Shown here: positions 1-12,828 of the stretch, piece by piece | How positions within the stretch are numbered: the first letter of the stretch is position 1 | Layout: the number at the start of each line of letters is the position of its first letter | Assembly: GCA_022813865.1 (NCBI GenBank) | Contig: JALDZX010000007.1 | Coordinates: 186,001-250,000, forward strand | Origin: Xylographa opegraphella | Taxonomy: Eukaryota | Length of the DNA stretch: 64,000 bases | Reading direction: 5' to 3' | Translations under genes and position numbers: made by a program | The notes under the pieces: generated by a model | Database searches by the model: none | What the model saw: the letters and a program-made list of their open reading frames with translations, nothing else | Told to the model about the DNA's origin: nothing

Positions 1-241
1 GATATTCTTGACTCGAGCACGACGCAGTACCTTTACCGCAGTCACCCCTAGCAGGCGGCCTTGGCAGTTCAGGGTCTCGCCAAGCGTCCGGATGGCGGAA
101 ACGAAGAGTGTTTCGCGGCAGTAGTCATGCGCCATTCTCCACGTCCCTCATAGGCGCGAAAGTGGAGGAAACACGATGGGGAGAGCTGGAAGAGGGAGAT
201 GGGGGGGGGGTGGGTGTTGGGGTAGGGAAAGGGGCCTGGAG

Positions 242-308
242 TGGTGCTGGTGCTGGTGCTGATGCTGGTGCTGAGACTGAGACTGATACTGATACTGATA
301 CTGATACT
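242..308. repeat. Compound hexanucleotide microsatellite, (GGTGCT)n grading into (GAGACT)/(GATACT)n
   Basis: Read directly; it produces the GAGAGA/DTDTD and LVLVL/ILILI pseudo-ORFs in the track. Confidence 0.85.
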
Positions 309-1894
309 ATTGATGCCTGCTACTGCTGCTGCATGCTTTCCACAAGTACCTGACCTGACCTCATGCTCGTGGATTAAGGTTGGAATCTCAACGAAGGAGC
401 GGGTGTTCCAGGGGGGGGGAATCCCTGCCCCGCGATGCTCCATTGCTTCACGATGCGTCGCCCGTTACGGTCAAGCGCGTATCTATCCTTAGCATCCACC
501 CAGCCATGGTGGAACTTCTTAGCCCGCACTTCGCATTCCGCATCATCGACCCGGTCAGCAGCAAGCAACGCAACGCACCGCAACGGCAGAGAAACGACCC
601 GGTAACTTGAGTCCGAGAGTAGCAGTGTTGGGCAGTAAAGAAGAAAGCATCCACAAACGGTCAGAGCTCACACATTGACACATTGATGATGACATCCATC
701 TCTTCCCTCCCTTCCCTCCCTTCCCCCCCATACTCCCTTCATCAAGACCCCTGCATCAAAGGCCTCCCACCATCCACTCTGCTACTCTACCTTAGTCTCC
801 ACCTTCAACGGTCCTCCGCTGGAGTCTAAATCAAGTCGAAACCGTGCTCATGACCGACTACTCTCTCTCCCCGGTCCGGCACGGTACGAGGTGGAAGAAG
901 GTTGTCAAAACGTCCCCAGCTTATGGCCGGGATGAGCTCGGATGTTCTGCTTTGCTCCCCTTCGCGCATCCTAGTCCGGCCATTGGTGCTGGCTGCACTC
1001 CCTCGTCCCTTTTCTCTCTCCCCTTCAGCCTTCAGCACAACAACCCCCCCCCCCCCCCCGTCATTGGGGCGGTGCTCGCGACTGCAGCCAGCCAATCGTT
1101 CCGCATCCCACCGGCTCCATCCCCAATCCTCCGCCAGATAGACAAGTCACTCCCTTTTCCACGCATAGCCAAAAGTATCTGCTTCGCAACATAATACATA
1201 ATCCCGTCGCGGTGCCACCTGGCGTGGGAGGGAAGAAAAGAAAAACAGAACGGTTTCCAACCTTGCTTCGACCCTTCTCTCTCCCTCCCCTTCCCTTTTC
1301 TCTTCCCTTTCCCTCTCTCATCATCGTCTCCTTCGTTCGCCATGAACGAGGCCGTCATTGTCCAGATATAACGCACCGCCCGCACGTCGCTTTCGACGAC
1401 ACCCACACTCGTTTGCCCACGAACCACTACATTTCCTGCTAGTTATTATAATACCATCATAGATACTAATGCTTTTGTCCTTTCTGGCCCTTCCGCTTTC
1501 CTGCTGAGACGTCCTCGCCCCACCACCCACCCCCCCCCCTCCCCCGGCACCATCTCCGGTCCACACCCGCATCCATAATTCGCCACGCTGCTGCCCGTTC
1601 GTTCGCTCGCTCCTCCAGCGCTCGTGGTGGTCGACTGGCCGTTCGATTCTGCTCTTACGCCCGTTCCATTGCGGCCGAAACTGGTCCCCTTCGCTTTCAC
1701 CACCGAGGCCTGCGCATCGGGTCTCTCACCGGACTGGAAGCATTCGGACGACGGGGCAAGGAACGGGAGACGAGGTCAGGTCCGCGCATCGCTTCTGGGC
1801 CGGCGGTGTCTGTGCTCGAAGCATACCGATTCCTCCTGACGAAAGGCCGCTGAAGAAAGACGTCGAACTGCAGCACGGTAGGGGGAGTCCAGCG

Positions 1895-1952
1895 CCAGCC
1901 TCCAGCCTCCAGCCTCCAGCACTCCAGACTTCCGACTCCAGACTCCAGACTC
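1895..1952. repeat. Heptamer repeats (CCAGCCT)n followed by (CCAGACT)n
   Basis: ccagcctccagcctccagcctccagc actccagacttccgactccagactccagactc. Confidence 0.8.
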
Positions 1953-2803
1953 TTGGTTCCCGAGCTTAGCCACATCAGCTGGTGTCGTGCACCCACTTGG
2001 GTCCCTAGTGCTCGTGCGGCTTCATCCTCAAGCCCATTCTGCATCGTCCGGTAGGGTTCGTGACTGACCCCACCAATGCCCGCCCTCCCCCATCCCTTGC
2101 ACCGCAGTGCCAGTCCGACCGCCTTACCTCCACTGCACCTTTCCTCCCCCATCTCTTCTCTTGCGTCGATCACTTTCTCACCTATGGCAGGGTCGCGTTC
2201 TTTCTCGTCTGCTTCTCCTTCGTCCTCTACTCCCTCCTCCACCTCGCCTCGTCAAGGCCCTCTTCCGGACGAGACATACGCCCGCGACCTGAGGAGCTCA
2301 TCCTTCTCATCCTTTGTTCCTCTGTGGTAAGACCGGCGAATTCTCCACTGCAAGTACGCGGCAGCGGGAACCCCCCCCCTTCCCCCCCCCTCGCCCCCAT
2401 TCCATCCATCACGGTGCTGATGAGTGTTCCAGATCCCCCAGCAGTCGTTCATTGTCGCCGTTTCGACTGCATCTCCTTCCCGAAACCTCGAGCGGAACTA
2501 AACCCTTAGCGCGAACGCTTCATTATCTGGCACGAACCTCCAAGAAGTGCTCCCGTGGCTATAGATATAGGATCTATGTGTCCCGAAAGACACCCGATCC
2601 ACAATAGAGCACAAGCAAACCACGTTCCCCAATCGCCAGCTGCTCCAGTGACTTCGTGATTGGATGTAGAATCCCATCTCCTCCCTTCCTCTCGCACTCA
2701 ACCGGGCACACCGTGCTGCCCTTACGTTCGCTTTTTCCACACCCCGCCTTCCGCCGCTGTCCTTTCTGTCACTCGCTTCAGAGAACCATTTCCTCCATTT
2801 TCA

Positions 2804-5386
2804 ATGACGAGTACCGTCACCTCCGCTCTTTCTACGGGATACCCAACTTGTGAGGTACGTCCCCCTTTCGAGCAAATCTCTCATTTCCGTCGGGCAAAGG
2901 CCAGTCTGCCTTGGGCCAGCCGAGGAATGCCTGTTGCCCGTTCAACCGAGCACCTCGTACCGACTATTCAATACACTTCCCCCGACGAGGATGGCTTTAC
3001 GAGAGTGGCACTAACATGGACCGTTGAACACAGGAGTCGCACGCTGCAGCAGTGCTTCCGGTAATTTTTGACGATTCGGTGGATTCTACGGGAATTGGAG
3101 AATTTGGAGACGGCGAGCCTCAAGGTGAAGGCGTCCTGGGAAAGGCTGAGCTACGGGCGGCACTGCTGTCCATGTCAGGCTACGGGAAGCCTGAATATCC
3201 GGACTCAAAAGGTGAGCTTGATGCCCCGTCAGTGGCGATCGAGCAATCTGTGTGGACTCTAGGCTCGGAAATGATGGCAAATGACGAGGGCTGACAGAAG
3301 CCATCGTAGATGATGAGAGCAGTCACCCCTTACCACACCCGATGTACTTGACCTACGCTCAGCCTGGTTTCGCCCAGCCTCATGGGCTTTCCTCCTCAGG
3401 TGCCTACGCTAGGCATACTAATCAACAAAACTTTGCCGCGAACGCCCTGTTTCAGCCGCAAGAACCCTTCAACGAATCCGGTCTATCCTTTTCCACCGTT
3501 CGATCCCGTCAGATTCCGCAGGTGGTATCATTTGCACCACATCAAGGTTCCCAAGGAACGAGGATCTTCATCAGTATTTCTGCTTACGATGAGGACGCTA
3601 TCTCGTCGCTGACCTTCTACGCAATGTTTGCCACGAGGCGCTGTTCGGGGTCCTTGTCGAAAGCGGGGAACGAAGCCGCCTATGGACAATACACGTTGTC
3701 CGTTGATGCTCCGCCGTTTCCTTCGACCGGATGGACAAATCGACAAGTACCGTTACGGGTACAGATACAAGATCGTTCGAGGTTGGACGCGGAATTGATT
3801 GATGTCGGGCTCTTCACTTATATCGATGCCAACCAACAAGCGCCACAGCTTTCACCCCAAGACTTGTCTCGCAAAAGGAAGATCTCCATCGAATGTGGAG
3901 AACCTCCGAGGATACCGGCCAAGCGACCATCCACCCAGCAACTACGACCCGGCAGTGCTGAGCTCTACGGAGCGCAAGTATACCTTCAGCAACCAGGTCC
4001 CACGTACATGCAGCAACCGCCGCTGGAAGTGGAGTCGTCCCTCACCAATCTCATCCCAATCTACAACCGCCCGCAAAGTCAAGGGGGATACCAGCAGCAA
4101 GAGTCCCCGAGAAGAATATCGCACCACTTGTCCACCAGCTCAGGGAGCTCTCTCTCCCAAATGAGGGTTCCCTCCCCTCAAACACCATCATGGAGTCCCT
4201 CCACGGTTACAGCGACTCATTCCACCAAGAGTCCTAATTTGGCCGCGCCTATCACAAGAGTGTCCTCTGTCTCGTCCCCCGCAAGTTCCACCACTCCAAT
4301 TTTGATCCGTACCTCGACTTTGCAGCAAAGCCCGAGCCCGGGCACAACCCCAGTCGGACCGTCCGCCTCCGCTCCCTTCAACCCATATGCCATGTTTCCT
4401 CACAAGGCAATCCTCAAGATCAATGGCGATCTGGATCTGATGGCGGAAGACTGGACGGAGGATGAGTTCGACGTCAAGAGGCGGCTGGTGCAGTTTTGGC
4501 GATCGCAGAACGGGAGTACCATCAACACCAACTTCAAACCCGTCACGCCCGACGATCGTCAACCCAACTCGATCTGCATCAGTTGTATATGGTGGGAATC
4601 GAAGAAAGAGTGCTACGTCACCAGCGTGGATACCATCTTCCTCCTCGAGTCGCTCGTGGCCGTCCGATTCACCGTGGAAGAGAAGAATCGCATTCGTCGC
4701 AATCTCGAAGGCTTCCGGCCGATGACCGTCAGCAAGGGCAAGCCGGACAGCGAAGACTTCTTCAAACTCATCATGGGCTTCCCGAACCCGAAGCCGCGCA
4801 ACATTGAGAAGGATGTCAAGGTGTTTCCGTGGAAGATTTTGTCACATGCGTTGAAGAAGATCATTGGCAAATACGTGAGTACCATTTATCCAGCACCCGT
4901 CTGAAGCTGCAATGTGACTCTAACCACGCATCGCAGTCCGCTAGCTACTCTTCCACGGCCGGCACGCTCCCGCCTTCGGCCGGCTCGTCGTATGGGGATG
5001 CGAGACAGCCCTATTTAGGCAACGAGCTCCTGTCAACAACATTGCCCAGTTCAGCCTCACAGTCGGGTTTCACAACCGGTTTGACTTCGACTCGATACTC
5101 GCCCGCCGCGGTATCTTACTCGTCCGCCGGGTCTGGGATGCTACAGGTCACGCAGCCTCACGCGTACTCGCACCCGGCGCCGAATCACACAGGCGCATCG
5201 TCGACGGTGATGTCGTCGATGGATCCCCTGCAACGGGCTTCGTGGGACTTTTCGTCCTACCTCGAGGCCAACCCAGCCAACACCGCCCCTGGGCTGCAAG
5301 GCATATACTATCAGCCGCGCAATGGTGGCCATCCAGAGGCATCATCGGCTGCCTATCAGATGACTCACACATCGTCCGGCCCGTGA
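2804..5386 (+). CDS. medA: Developmental transcriptional regulator Medusa (MedA/ACON-3 family)
   Basis: Spliced model 2804-2854, 3034-3211, 3310-4874, 4937-5386; all GT..AG with branch sites and frame preserved. Conserved MedA domain: KRRLVQFWRSQ, ISCIWW, TSVDTIFLLESLV, FTVEEKNRIRRNLEGFRPMTVSK, FFKLIMGFPNPKPRNIEKDVKVFPW, HALKKIIGKYSASYSST. The start could instead be the internal MSGYGKP ATG near 3172. Confidence 0.92.
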
Positions 5387-6467
5387 GACGAGGCGATTAA
5401 GGTTGCGCCACACTTTGGCTTACCGGTCTCGGCCATCGTCGATCATGCGCCCCCGACGATATCGCACTAGTGCCGCAGCGACCAATCATACCGCGCACCC
5501 GCCTCGCCACCAAGAATTCTTCCGGCGCTACGGCACCCCAGCGTGCGCATCGCATCTTGCATCGATTACCAGTATTCCCATCCCTACCTTATGTTCGTCT
5601 TTGAAGCGAGTCCATTGGCCCTTTTCTCTTTCCAGCGCGCATGACCGCTTTCGACTATTTCCACGTCCGAGGATGACGCAATCCCGCCAACCCCAGCCGA
5701 TTTAATACCGGCACCTGCAGTCCGGTTCGTGATATGATTGTATTAATACGATTGTGCTTTTCTTGCATGAGCGAAGGTGTTCGAATGGGTTGGAGCGAGG
5801 GCTGGCCTTATCATGATGCATCGTTGAGGCGTGTGGGAAGGTCAGTGGGGGGGGGGGGTGTTGCTGGCATATGATACCACATCGACTATCTATAGAAGAT
5901 CTGCATCCATCCTATTAATTCTAATATATAATATTATTTATCTCCGTTTCCCCATCGAAGCACGAAAAAAAAAAAAAAGGCCGGTGTCGCTCAGTCGTGC
6001 AACGTTTCTGGTGCTGCCGCCTGAGGTTGGGCTTTCAGCCAGTCGGAGCGATACCGCGGTGGGAAACCCCTATCCCGTCTCCCGCCTCCCTGGCCGCAAC
6101 CAGTGAAGCCGACAGGGGAAAATGTCAGATTTTTACAAAATTCCCCATATCACTCCGTGGTGTTGCGTCGAGTTACACAGCCAAAAGGCGGTGACTGCGA
6201 GCGGGAGGAAAGGAAAGGCTTCGGCGAGCGGGATGCGGGATGCGGTTTAGACTAGGCTATTTCCGCCTAGCGTCCTCGGCTACTGTCATGATCGGGAGCG
6301 TCGGCAAACGCGGCTGTAACCCGCATGCTCCAGGGGTAGTTCGCGCCCCCCACCAATCCCCAGATCCGGCCATCCACAGGGATCGAACACCTCACCTTTT
6401 TCCCGCCATTCCGTCCGCGCGCGCCTCGCTCGCACGATGCACCACCTCTCCGCCACCACCACCCCGT

Positions 6468-7710
6468 ATGCCTCCACCGCACTTCGAGCGCCTCGCACTC
6501 CGCTGGCTGCTGCGCGCCGCGCTGCTCGGCACCGTCGCCGTCGCCGTCTGGAACACGCTCGCTCGTAGCAGCCAACCCTCGCAGCCGTCGCGCGCGGACC
6601 GGGGCAACGCTCTCGTGGTCGTGAGTCAGCGCGGCGACGACGTGTCCTGGCTCGAGGGCGTGCTGCCGGGGTGGGAGCGCAACGTGTATGTCGTGGATGG
6701 GGAGGCGTTGCGGGAGGGGGCGCGGTTGCGGATTCCGAGGAATAAGGGCAGGGAGGGGATGGCGTATTTGAGGTGGGTTGATGGGTTGCTAGGCCTTTCG
6801 TTCCCCATTACCTTCAATGGAGGAGTGCGGGGAAAGCACGCACCGACTGATGGACGGAGGCTGATTTCACGCAGCTTCATCATCGACCACTACGACCGCC
6901 TGCCCAACGTCACGATCTTCCTGCACAGCGCGCGCTACCAGTGGCATAATGATGATCCGGACTACGGTACTCCTTCATCCCCCATTCTTCCCCTTCGACC
7001 CTCATGCGAACCTGCACACTCGCTAACAACCACTCCCCACACAGACGGCGTCCCCATCCTCCAGAACCTGCGCCTCGCGCACGTCCACGCCCAAGGCTAC
7101 GCCAACCTCCGCTGCGGCTGGACGCTCGGCTGCCCCGCGGAGATCCAACCCGCCCGCCACGCCGCACCATCCCCGCCTCCCACCTCCGCGGACACCGACA
7201 CCGACGCCCAGCGCACTGAGCACTACTACGCCGAAGCCTTCCGGGCCCTCTTCCCCGAATACCCCGTCCCCGAAACCGTGGGCGTGGGCTGTTGCGCGCA
7301 GTACGTCCTTCCCTCTTCCCCCTCTTCCCCCCCCCCCCCCACATATCCTCGCACTCACTCACTCACGCCCCACTAGGTTCGCCGTCACGCGCGCAACGCT
7401 GCTGGCGCGCCCGCGCGCCGACTACGAGCGCTACCGCGCCTGGCTGCTCGCGACGCCGCTGCCGGACGCCGTGAGCGGGCGCGTGCTGGAGTATAGCTGG
7501 CATGTTATGTTCGGGAAGGCGCCCGTGCATTGTCCGGATGCGGGGGCGTGTTATTGTCATTCGTGGGGCTTGTGTGCGTTGGAGTGCTCGAGGGCGGAGT
7601 GTATGGGGCGCTATGTGTTGCCGCCGTATTCGACCCTGCCCGAGGGGTGGCCGCGGGTGGGGTGGGGGGGGGAGGAGAGGGGGGGGGGAAGGGGGGATGG
7701 TGGGGGGTGA
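6468..7710 (+). CDS. DUF3431-family protein with N-terminal membrane anchor
   Basis: About four exons (approx. 6468-6772, 6874-6967, 7045-7301, 7378-7710). Hydrophobic segment LLRAALLGTVAVAVW; motifs NKGREGMAYL, FIIDHYDRLP, FLHSARYQWHNDDPDY, GYANLRCGWTLGCP, CCAQF, GRVLEYSWHVMFG, CYCHSWGLC. Confidence 0.85.
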
Positions 7711-8566
7711 TGGGAGGGGTTGGCGAGGAAAAAGGGAAGGGTTATGAGGGTATGGGGGTTGAGGGGGGAGGGGGAAGGTATTTATATATATATCTATATA
7801 TCGGAGTTGACAGGATTCCGGAGGGTGCAGTGACGCTTCTTCCATTTTGGCGGCACGGGATGTTGTGGATACCTTGGTCTTACCTGCATGGCGGACCGTG
7901 CTATAGCGAAACACGCGGATTATTTAACGATTGGATATCCTATATCCCAAAAGGGGGTTTGGGGCTGGTGTCGAATTATGGAAATGACCGCATTTACTTG
8001 TCTTCACTGCAGCCTCGAGCTACTCGTACTCCACTTCGCTTGAGATGGAGCTGTAACGCGAGCTGTGCTCGCTTTGTTCACGCGTCCTCGAGCCGTCCTT
8101 TTTTTCCCCTGATATACGAGCTTGACTCTCGGCGTTGTCGATGCAGCACCGCTGTGTAGCTCAGGGCGGATGTTTTTGGTCCGATGAACGATAGCGTAAA
8201 CGACGGAGTAGACTAATCCAGATATTTTATCGCTTCGCTAGGCATTTGTGCACTGCTGCGCTGAGGGCCCGGTTGCGCTTGTGCTGCCTTTTGGCGCTGG
8301 AGATCTCTGAAGGTAGGGGTTCTGGAGTGGTTGACAGTCTTGGGATTCTGGTTCGGTGGTCGGATCTGTGAAAGGAGGGTTTGGGGGGAGGGGTGATCGT
8401 CGTTGCTATTCTTCTGACTGAGTGAGGGGGGGGCTTTTCTTGTTTTTTTGGTATCGACGCTTCATGCTGGTCAGCTTCAGCCAGGGATGCTCTTGTTCTG
8501 GAGCATTGCTTGTGCTTTGGATTCGGGGTTCTTGGCTATGGCTACCGCGAAGAGGAGTACCTTCAA

Positions 8567-8641
8567 TATGGTTTCCGTGTTTATGGTTTCCGTGTTTATG
8601 GTTTCCGTGTTTATGGTTTCCGTGTTTATGGTTTCCGTGTT
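8567..8641. repeat. Perfect 15-bp minisatellite TATGGTTTCCGTGTT x5
   Basis: Five identical adjacent copies read directly. Confidence 0.95.
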
Positions 8642-8681
8642 GAGTGGCACGCTGTAGTGCGTGGGTATGTATCGACGCATT

Positions 8682-8751
8682 TCTTGGACTGATGAGCTCT
8701 TGGACTGACGACCTCTTGGACTGACGACCTCTTGGACTGACGACCTCTTGG
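8682..8751. repeat. 16-bp minisatellite TCTTGGACTGACGACC x~4.4
   Basis: One diverged copy (TCTTGGACTGATGAGC), three perfect copies and a partial copy. Confidence 0.93.
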
Positions 8752-9720
8752 CTCGTCATAAGCACTGCTGCGCGTTGTTGCGATTTCTCTGTGCTACATG
8801 CTTTATACAGAACATTGAGAAGGTTCTGACGTTGCTACTCATAGTTATGGCCGGAACCGATTCCCATCACTCCACCGGAGTCACCTGTCCTCTCACCGGC
8901 AAGTCCAAGGCGCAGCGCTCATGATCTGGTGGCCTGAGTTTGCAAGCTCAAGGATCGTGAGAGACGCCTTGCAAACATCAGACGGCTGGGCCATTGGTCA
9001 ACTACGATGCTTATTGTATGTTTGCCACACGCTCTGGACTCCTTTACGAAGGACCCACCCCAGTTTTCATCGTCAGACACTCGTATCTCTATCCTAACTC
9101 CGCTCATCGAAAGCTACCCTTCACCGCAACTTCAGCTGCAGACATGTTTCTGACCTCCGGCGCTCGCCGTTAATAATCGTTTGTCGCGCTGATGGGGCGA
9201 CTAACGGCTGTGTGCATCTCAACGCGCGATCTCACCGACAGATCATGCATGCGTCCTTTGATATCCCCGCCTTTGGAGCCTCTGTCCTTGATCGACTCGG
9301 GTCTGTACTCATGAATGTTCAGACGGCTTTTGCTCGCTTCAGCGAATGAACACGGCCAGAGAATTGGTGGTGGTTTGCTCCACCGCTTCCTTCAATGCTT
9401 GTTTGCAAGCCTTTCATGCATCGATGGGACGACCATTTCAGACCCCCGCTCTTCCATCTGCACAGACAAACACCGTATTGTCATTCTAGTGCTGGAAATC
9501 CCCTTGTTACACGAGTTCGATGTTTGATGCATTGAGGCAGATTTTCTTGGGCCCAGGATTTATACGGCTGTTTTTCGACCTGCATCCTTCCTACATCACT
9601 CTATTCTGCTTCATCGTGCTCGTCTCTCGTCTTGTTTTTGGCGTTATATCTCCAATCTGTTTTCAAAGCTCAGTCCCGATCATCGCAGCACCACCAGCAC
9701 GATCCCCTTCGATCCTGACT

Positions 9721-10839
9721 ATGGACTTCAGCCCCTTGATCACGGTCATCGTCCCCTGCCTCGGGCATAACCGATTTTCTGAATCGGTCAAGGTGTTCCA
9801 CATCGGCTCCGCTACGCTCAGCCAATACCTGCCCCTCCTCCAACTCGCCCCCCGCATCGACGCAGAACACCTGGTACCCCAGGTGAAATGGAGCACGTGC
9901 ATGCAACAGGCCTTCCTCTGGCTCTTCACACACATCCACGAAGTCTCCCTCCACGGCATCTCCGGCGCCCTCCTGCAAAGCCTCGAGACGTCCTACAAGC
10001 GCGACCGCCAGCGCGAGCGCGACCCCTCCCGGCCGCGCATGCACGGCATCATCCCCATCGGCCGCGCGGTCCACCTGCGCGACAACACGAGCTCCGTCTT
10101 CGACCGCTTGGCGTACATCCTACGCAACTACGGCTACCACGCCGACATCTTCGACAATATGGCCACCTTTTTCACTCGTCACTGCGACCGCATGGCCCGG
10201 CGTGAGCCCCGCGCCACGATGATGTACCTGCGCGCCCTGCGCGCCGCCGCCGGTGGTGGCGGCTTAAATAAAGTCCTCGCCTGCCTGTCCTGCCAGCCCC
10301 GCACCGCGGCGGCCATGGTGCAGTTCGCGGACGAGGCCGAAGCGCAGCACAAATCCATCATCATGCCGAACGACGTGCGCGACGCGCTCATGCAGCTGGT
10401 TGACCAGAAAGCCCTCCGGACTGAGCGGGAGCGGGGCCGTCTCATCGGCGGCCGCGGCCGGTGGGATGGGGCCATAAGGCGCCCGCCGCGGACGATACTG
10501 CGCGGCGACGAGCTGGGTCTGGAGGACCTGGAGGACATTTGGCTGGAGGAGCCGCATCGCATTGCGGTGGACGTCACGGGCCGGGAGGACATGTTCGCGC
10601 GAGAGGCGTACGACGACGACGGGCTCGAGGACGAGGACGCATACTACTACGACAGCAGCGAGAGCGAAGACCCCTTTTTCGAAGCGAGGGCGCGGAGGCG
10701 AGCGTATGCGCAGCCGCGGCAGAGGAGGCGCATCGAGGGCGTCAGGCACCGGGGGCTGGCATGGCAGCCGGAGGAGATGCGGCTCGGGGGCTATGGGGAG
10801 CGGGTGGGGGCGGGGGGATATCAGTTTTCGGAGCTGTGA
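9721..10839 (+). CDS. Hypothetical protein; possibly a divergent N-terminal BTB/POZ-like fold with an acidic/Arg-rich tail
   Basis: Long uninterrupted ORF (frame open from 9520). Strong C/G third-position bias begins at ATG 9721 (MDFSPLITVIV). ITVIV...KVFHIGSATLSQY...AFLWLFTHIH loosely follows the BTB pattern (inference only). Confidence 0.7.
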   Translation: MDFSPLITVIVPCLGHNRFSESVKVFHIGSATLSQYLPLLQLAPRIDAEHLVPQVKWSTCMQQAFLWLFTHIHEVSLHGISGALLQSLETSYKRDRQRERDPSRPRMHGIIPIGRAVHLRDNTSSVFDRLAYILRNYGYHADIFDNMATFFTRHCDRMARREPRATMMYLRALRAAAGGGGLNKVLACLSCQPRTAAAMVQFADEAEAQHKSIIMPNDVRDALMQLVDQKALRTERERGRLIGGRGRWDGAIRRPPRTILRGDELGLEDLEDIWLEEPHRIAVDVTGREDMFAREAYDDDGLEDEDAYYYDSSESEDPFFEARARRRAYAQPRQRRRIEGVRHRGLAWQPEEMRLGGYGERVGAGGYQFSEL

Positions 10840-11390
10840 GCTTGCTTGGTTGGCGGGGTGGGAGGGGGGTAGGGGTTAGACTGGGTAGTGCTGTAGGAGC
10901 GTGGTATCGTGGGTTATGTAGCGGGTTCGGTTAGCGAAAGGGAAAGGGGAGGTTTTTTTTTTCCCCCTTCTTTTCTTTATTTGGCGGGTTTTGCATTGCT
11001 AGCATGCGGTGTACCACGATGTGGCCGTGGTTACAGTTTGATTTAAATTCAAGATCGTGTTTCCGTGTTTCTGTTACTGCCGCCGGGGGTCATCTTGAAC
11101 TGAGGAGAAGGGACCGGGTCGTGATGCACTGCAACGACTCGGCGACGTCGAGGGCTCATGCACTTTGGCTGCTGGGGCGGAGATTGTCGCCACTGGGGTT
11201 TGAAGTGGCCAGGTGTCTTTTAGGGAGGGTCTGGCAAGCTAGGTTTGTGCAGGATTTCGCGGCATCTTTACTAGCTTGCTAGAATGGTTCTGTACCTATG
11301 TTGTAGAACGAACGGTACGACTCTTCACGAACCGTGTGCCACGTACGATCACGTAAGATATATACACCAACCACCCGCCCCCCCACCCTC

Positions 11391-12828
11391 TCACAATTTA
11401 CTCTCCCCTCCCTCCAACCCCTTCCCAGCCCCACCAAGCGCAATGACCAACTTCCCAAACTGCCTCCCGGCCTTCATATCCTCGAACAGGCTCTCAATCC
11501 CCTCTAAATTCTGCAGCCCACCGTCCAGGACCCTGCTCACGACGGGCCGGATCTTCTGCTTCGCGACGAACGCCACCATGGCGCAGAACTCGGCTCGAGA
11601 CCCCATGGTGGAGCCGCGCACTTCGACGTTGTTGAGGACGGCTTGCATGGTGTAGGGTAGAGATGGGGCGAGCGTCATGCCGTAGGAGACGATGGCGCCT
11701 CCGGGCTGGGTAGTTAAGGGGGAGTTAGCTGGGCTTTTGGGGAGCGTGGGGTGGGGGGATGTTAGGGAATTCTAGGAAAGGGTGTTTGAGGAGGCTGGGG
11801 ATAAGGGGAAGGCCTAAGTATAAGGTAGACAGAGGGAAGGCAGGATCCAAGTGTATGGTAGGTCGACGGTGGAGTTGCGCGATTCAGGAGTGATGGAAAG
11901 TGTTTCTCCGTACAAAAACCAGAAAGGCCATAGCAGACTCACTTTCAGCAATCTACCCCCTTTTAGCACGATATCGCCTCCGGCACCGTCAATAATCGCG
12001 TCCAGATACGGTCGCTCCTTGGGCAGCATGCCCTTCAACTCCTTCTCCCATCCCTTCTCCTTGTAGCTAACGCCTCCCGCAGCACCCAGTACTTTCGCCT
12101 TCGAGATCTTTGTCGCATCTCCGCTTGTCACCCACACTTTTACCCCCATTTGCACCGCAAACAGTAGGACAGTAAGCGCGACGCCGCCGCCGATTCCAGT
12201 CACGAGTAGATGCTTATCTTTCCCACTATATGTGCCATCGCTATTGCTGTCAATAATTCCGGCTTTTGTGACCAGCGCGCGCCAGCCTGTGAGACCGGTT
12301 AGGGGGAGAGCAGCAGCTTCGGCACCGGAGAGATGCGTAGGACAAGGCGCTGTTTCACTGGCGTCGACGACCAGAAAGTCCTGGGCGAGGCCAAGCGGGT
12401 TGGTAGAGGTACCCCCGAGGATGGCGAAGTTCGCTGGGGATTCAGGACCAAGAGGAGAGTCAATCCAGCCATGCGCTGGGTTCAGAAGTACACGAGGGGG
12501 TTCGGTGGATGATTTGTGGTGGGCCGAGGAGAGTACGACGCAGCAGGCATCAGAGAAGAGGGGCGTAGTGAATGAGGGGGAAGGATAGAGTGCCTGACGC
12601 AGGAAGAGATCGCGGTGATTGAGGGAGAGGTGCGTCGGGCGGATGAGAAGCTGAGAAGCAGAGGGCACAGGAGTGGGGACCGTGGTGAGCTGGAGGCTAG
12701 ACATCAGATCAGTGGATGTCAAGGATCTGGGGAGCAAGATGGGCGACGCACGGGTACCAGACTGCGCCGGGCTTCCCGTCGATCTTCTTCATGGTAAGGG
12801 CTTGATGGGTTCGAGGTAGAGACGCCAT
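11391..12828 (-). CDS. MDR-superfamily NAD(P)H oxidoreductase (zinc-type alcohol dehydrogenase-like / quinone reductase)
   Basis: ATG at 12828 (MASLPRTHQALTMKKIDGKPGAVWYP), two introns. Motifs LNHRDLFLRQALYP, EAAALPLTGLTGWRAL, LVTGIGGGVAL, DAIIDGAGG, GAIVSYGMT, VEVRGSTMGS, QFGKLVI. Confidence 0.9.

Noticed and set aside
69..2750. Many short ORFs upstream of medA
   Set aside because: They arise from microsatellites and G/C or CT-rich tracts; no domains or coding bias.
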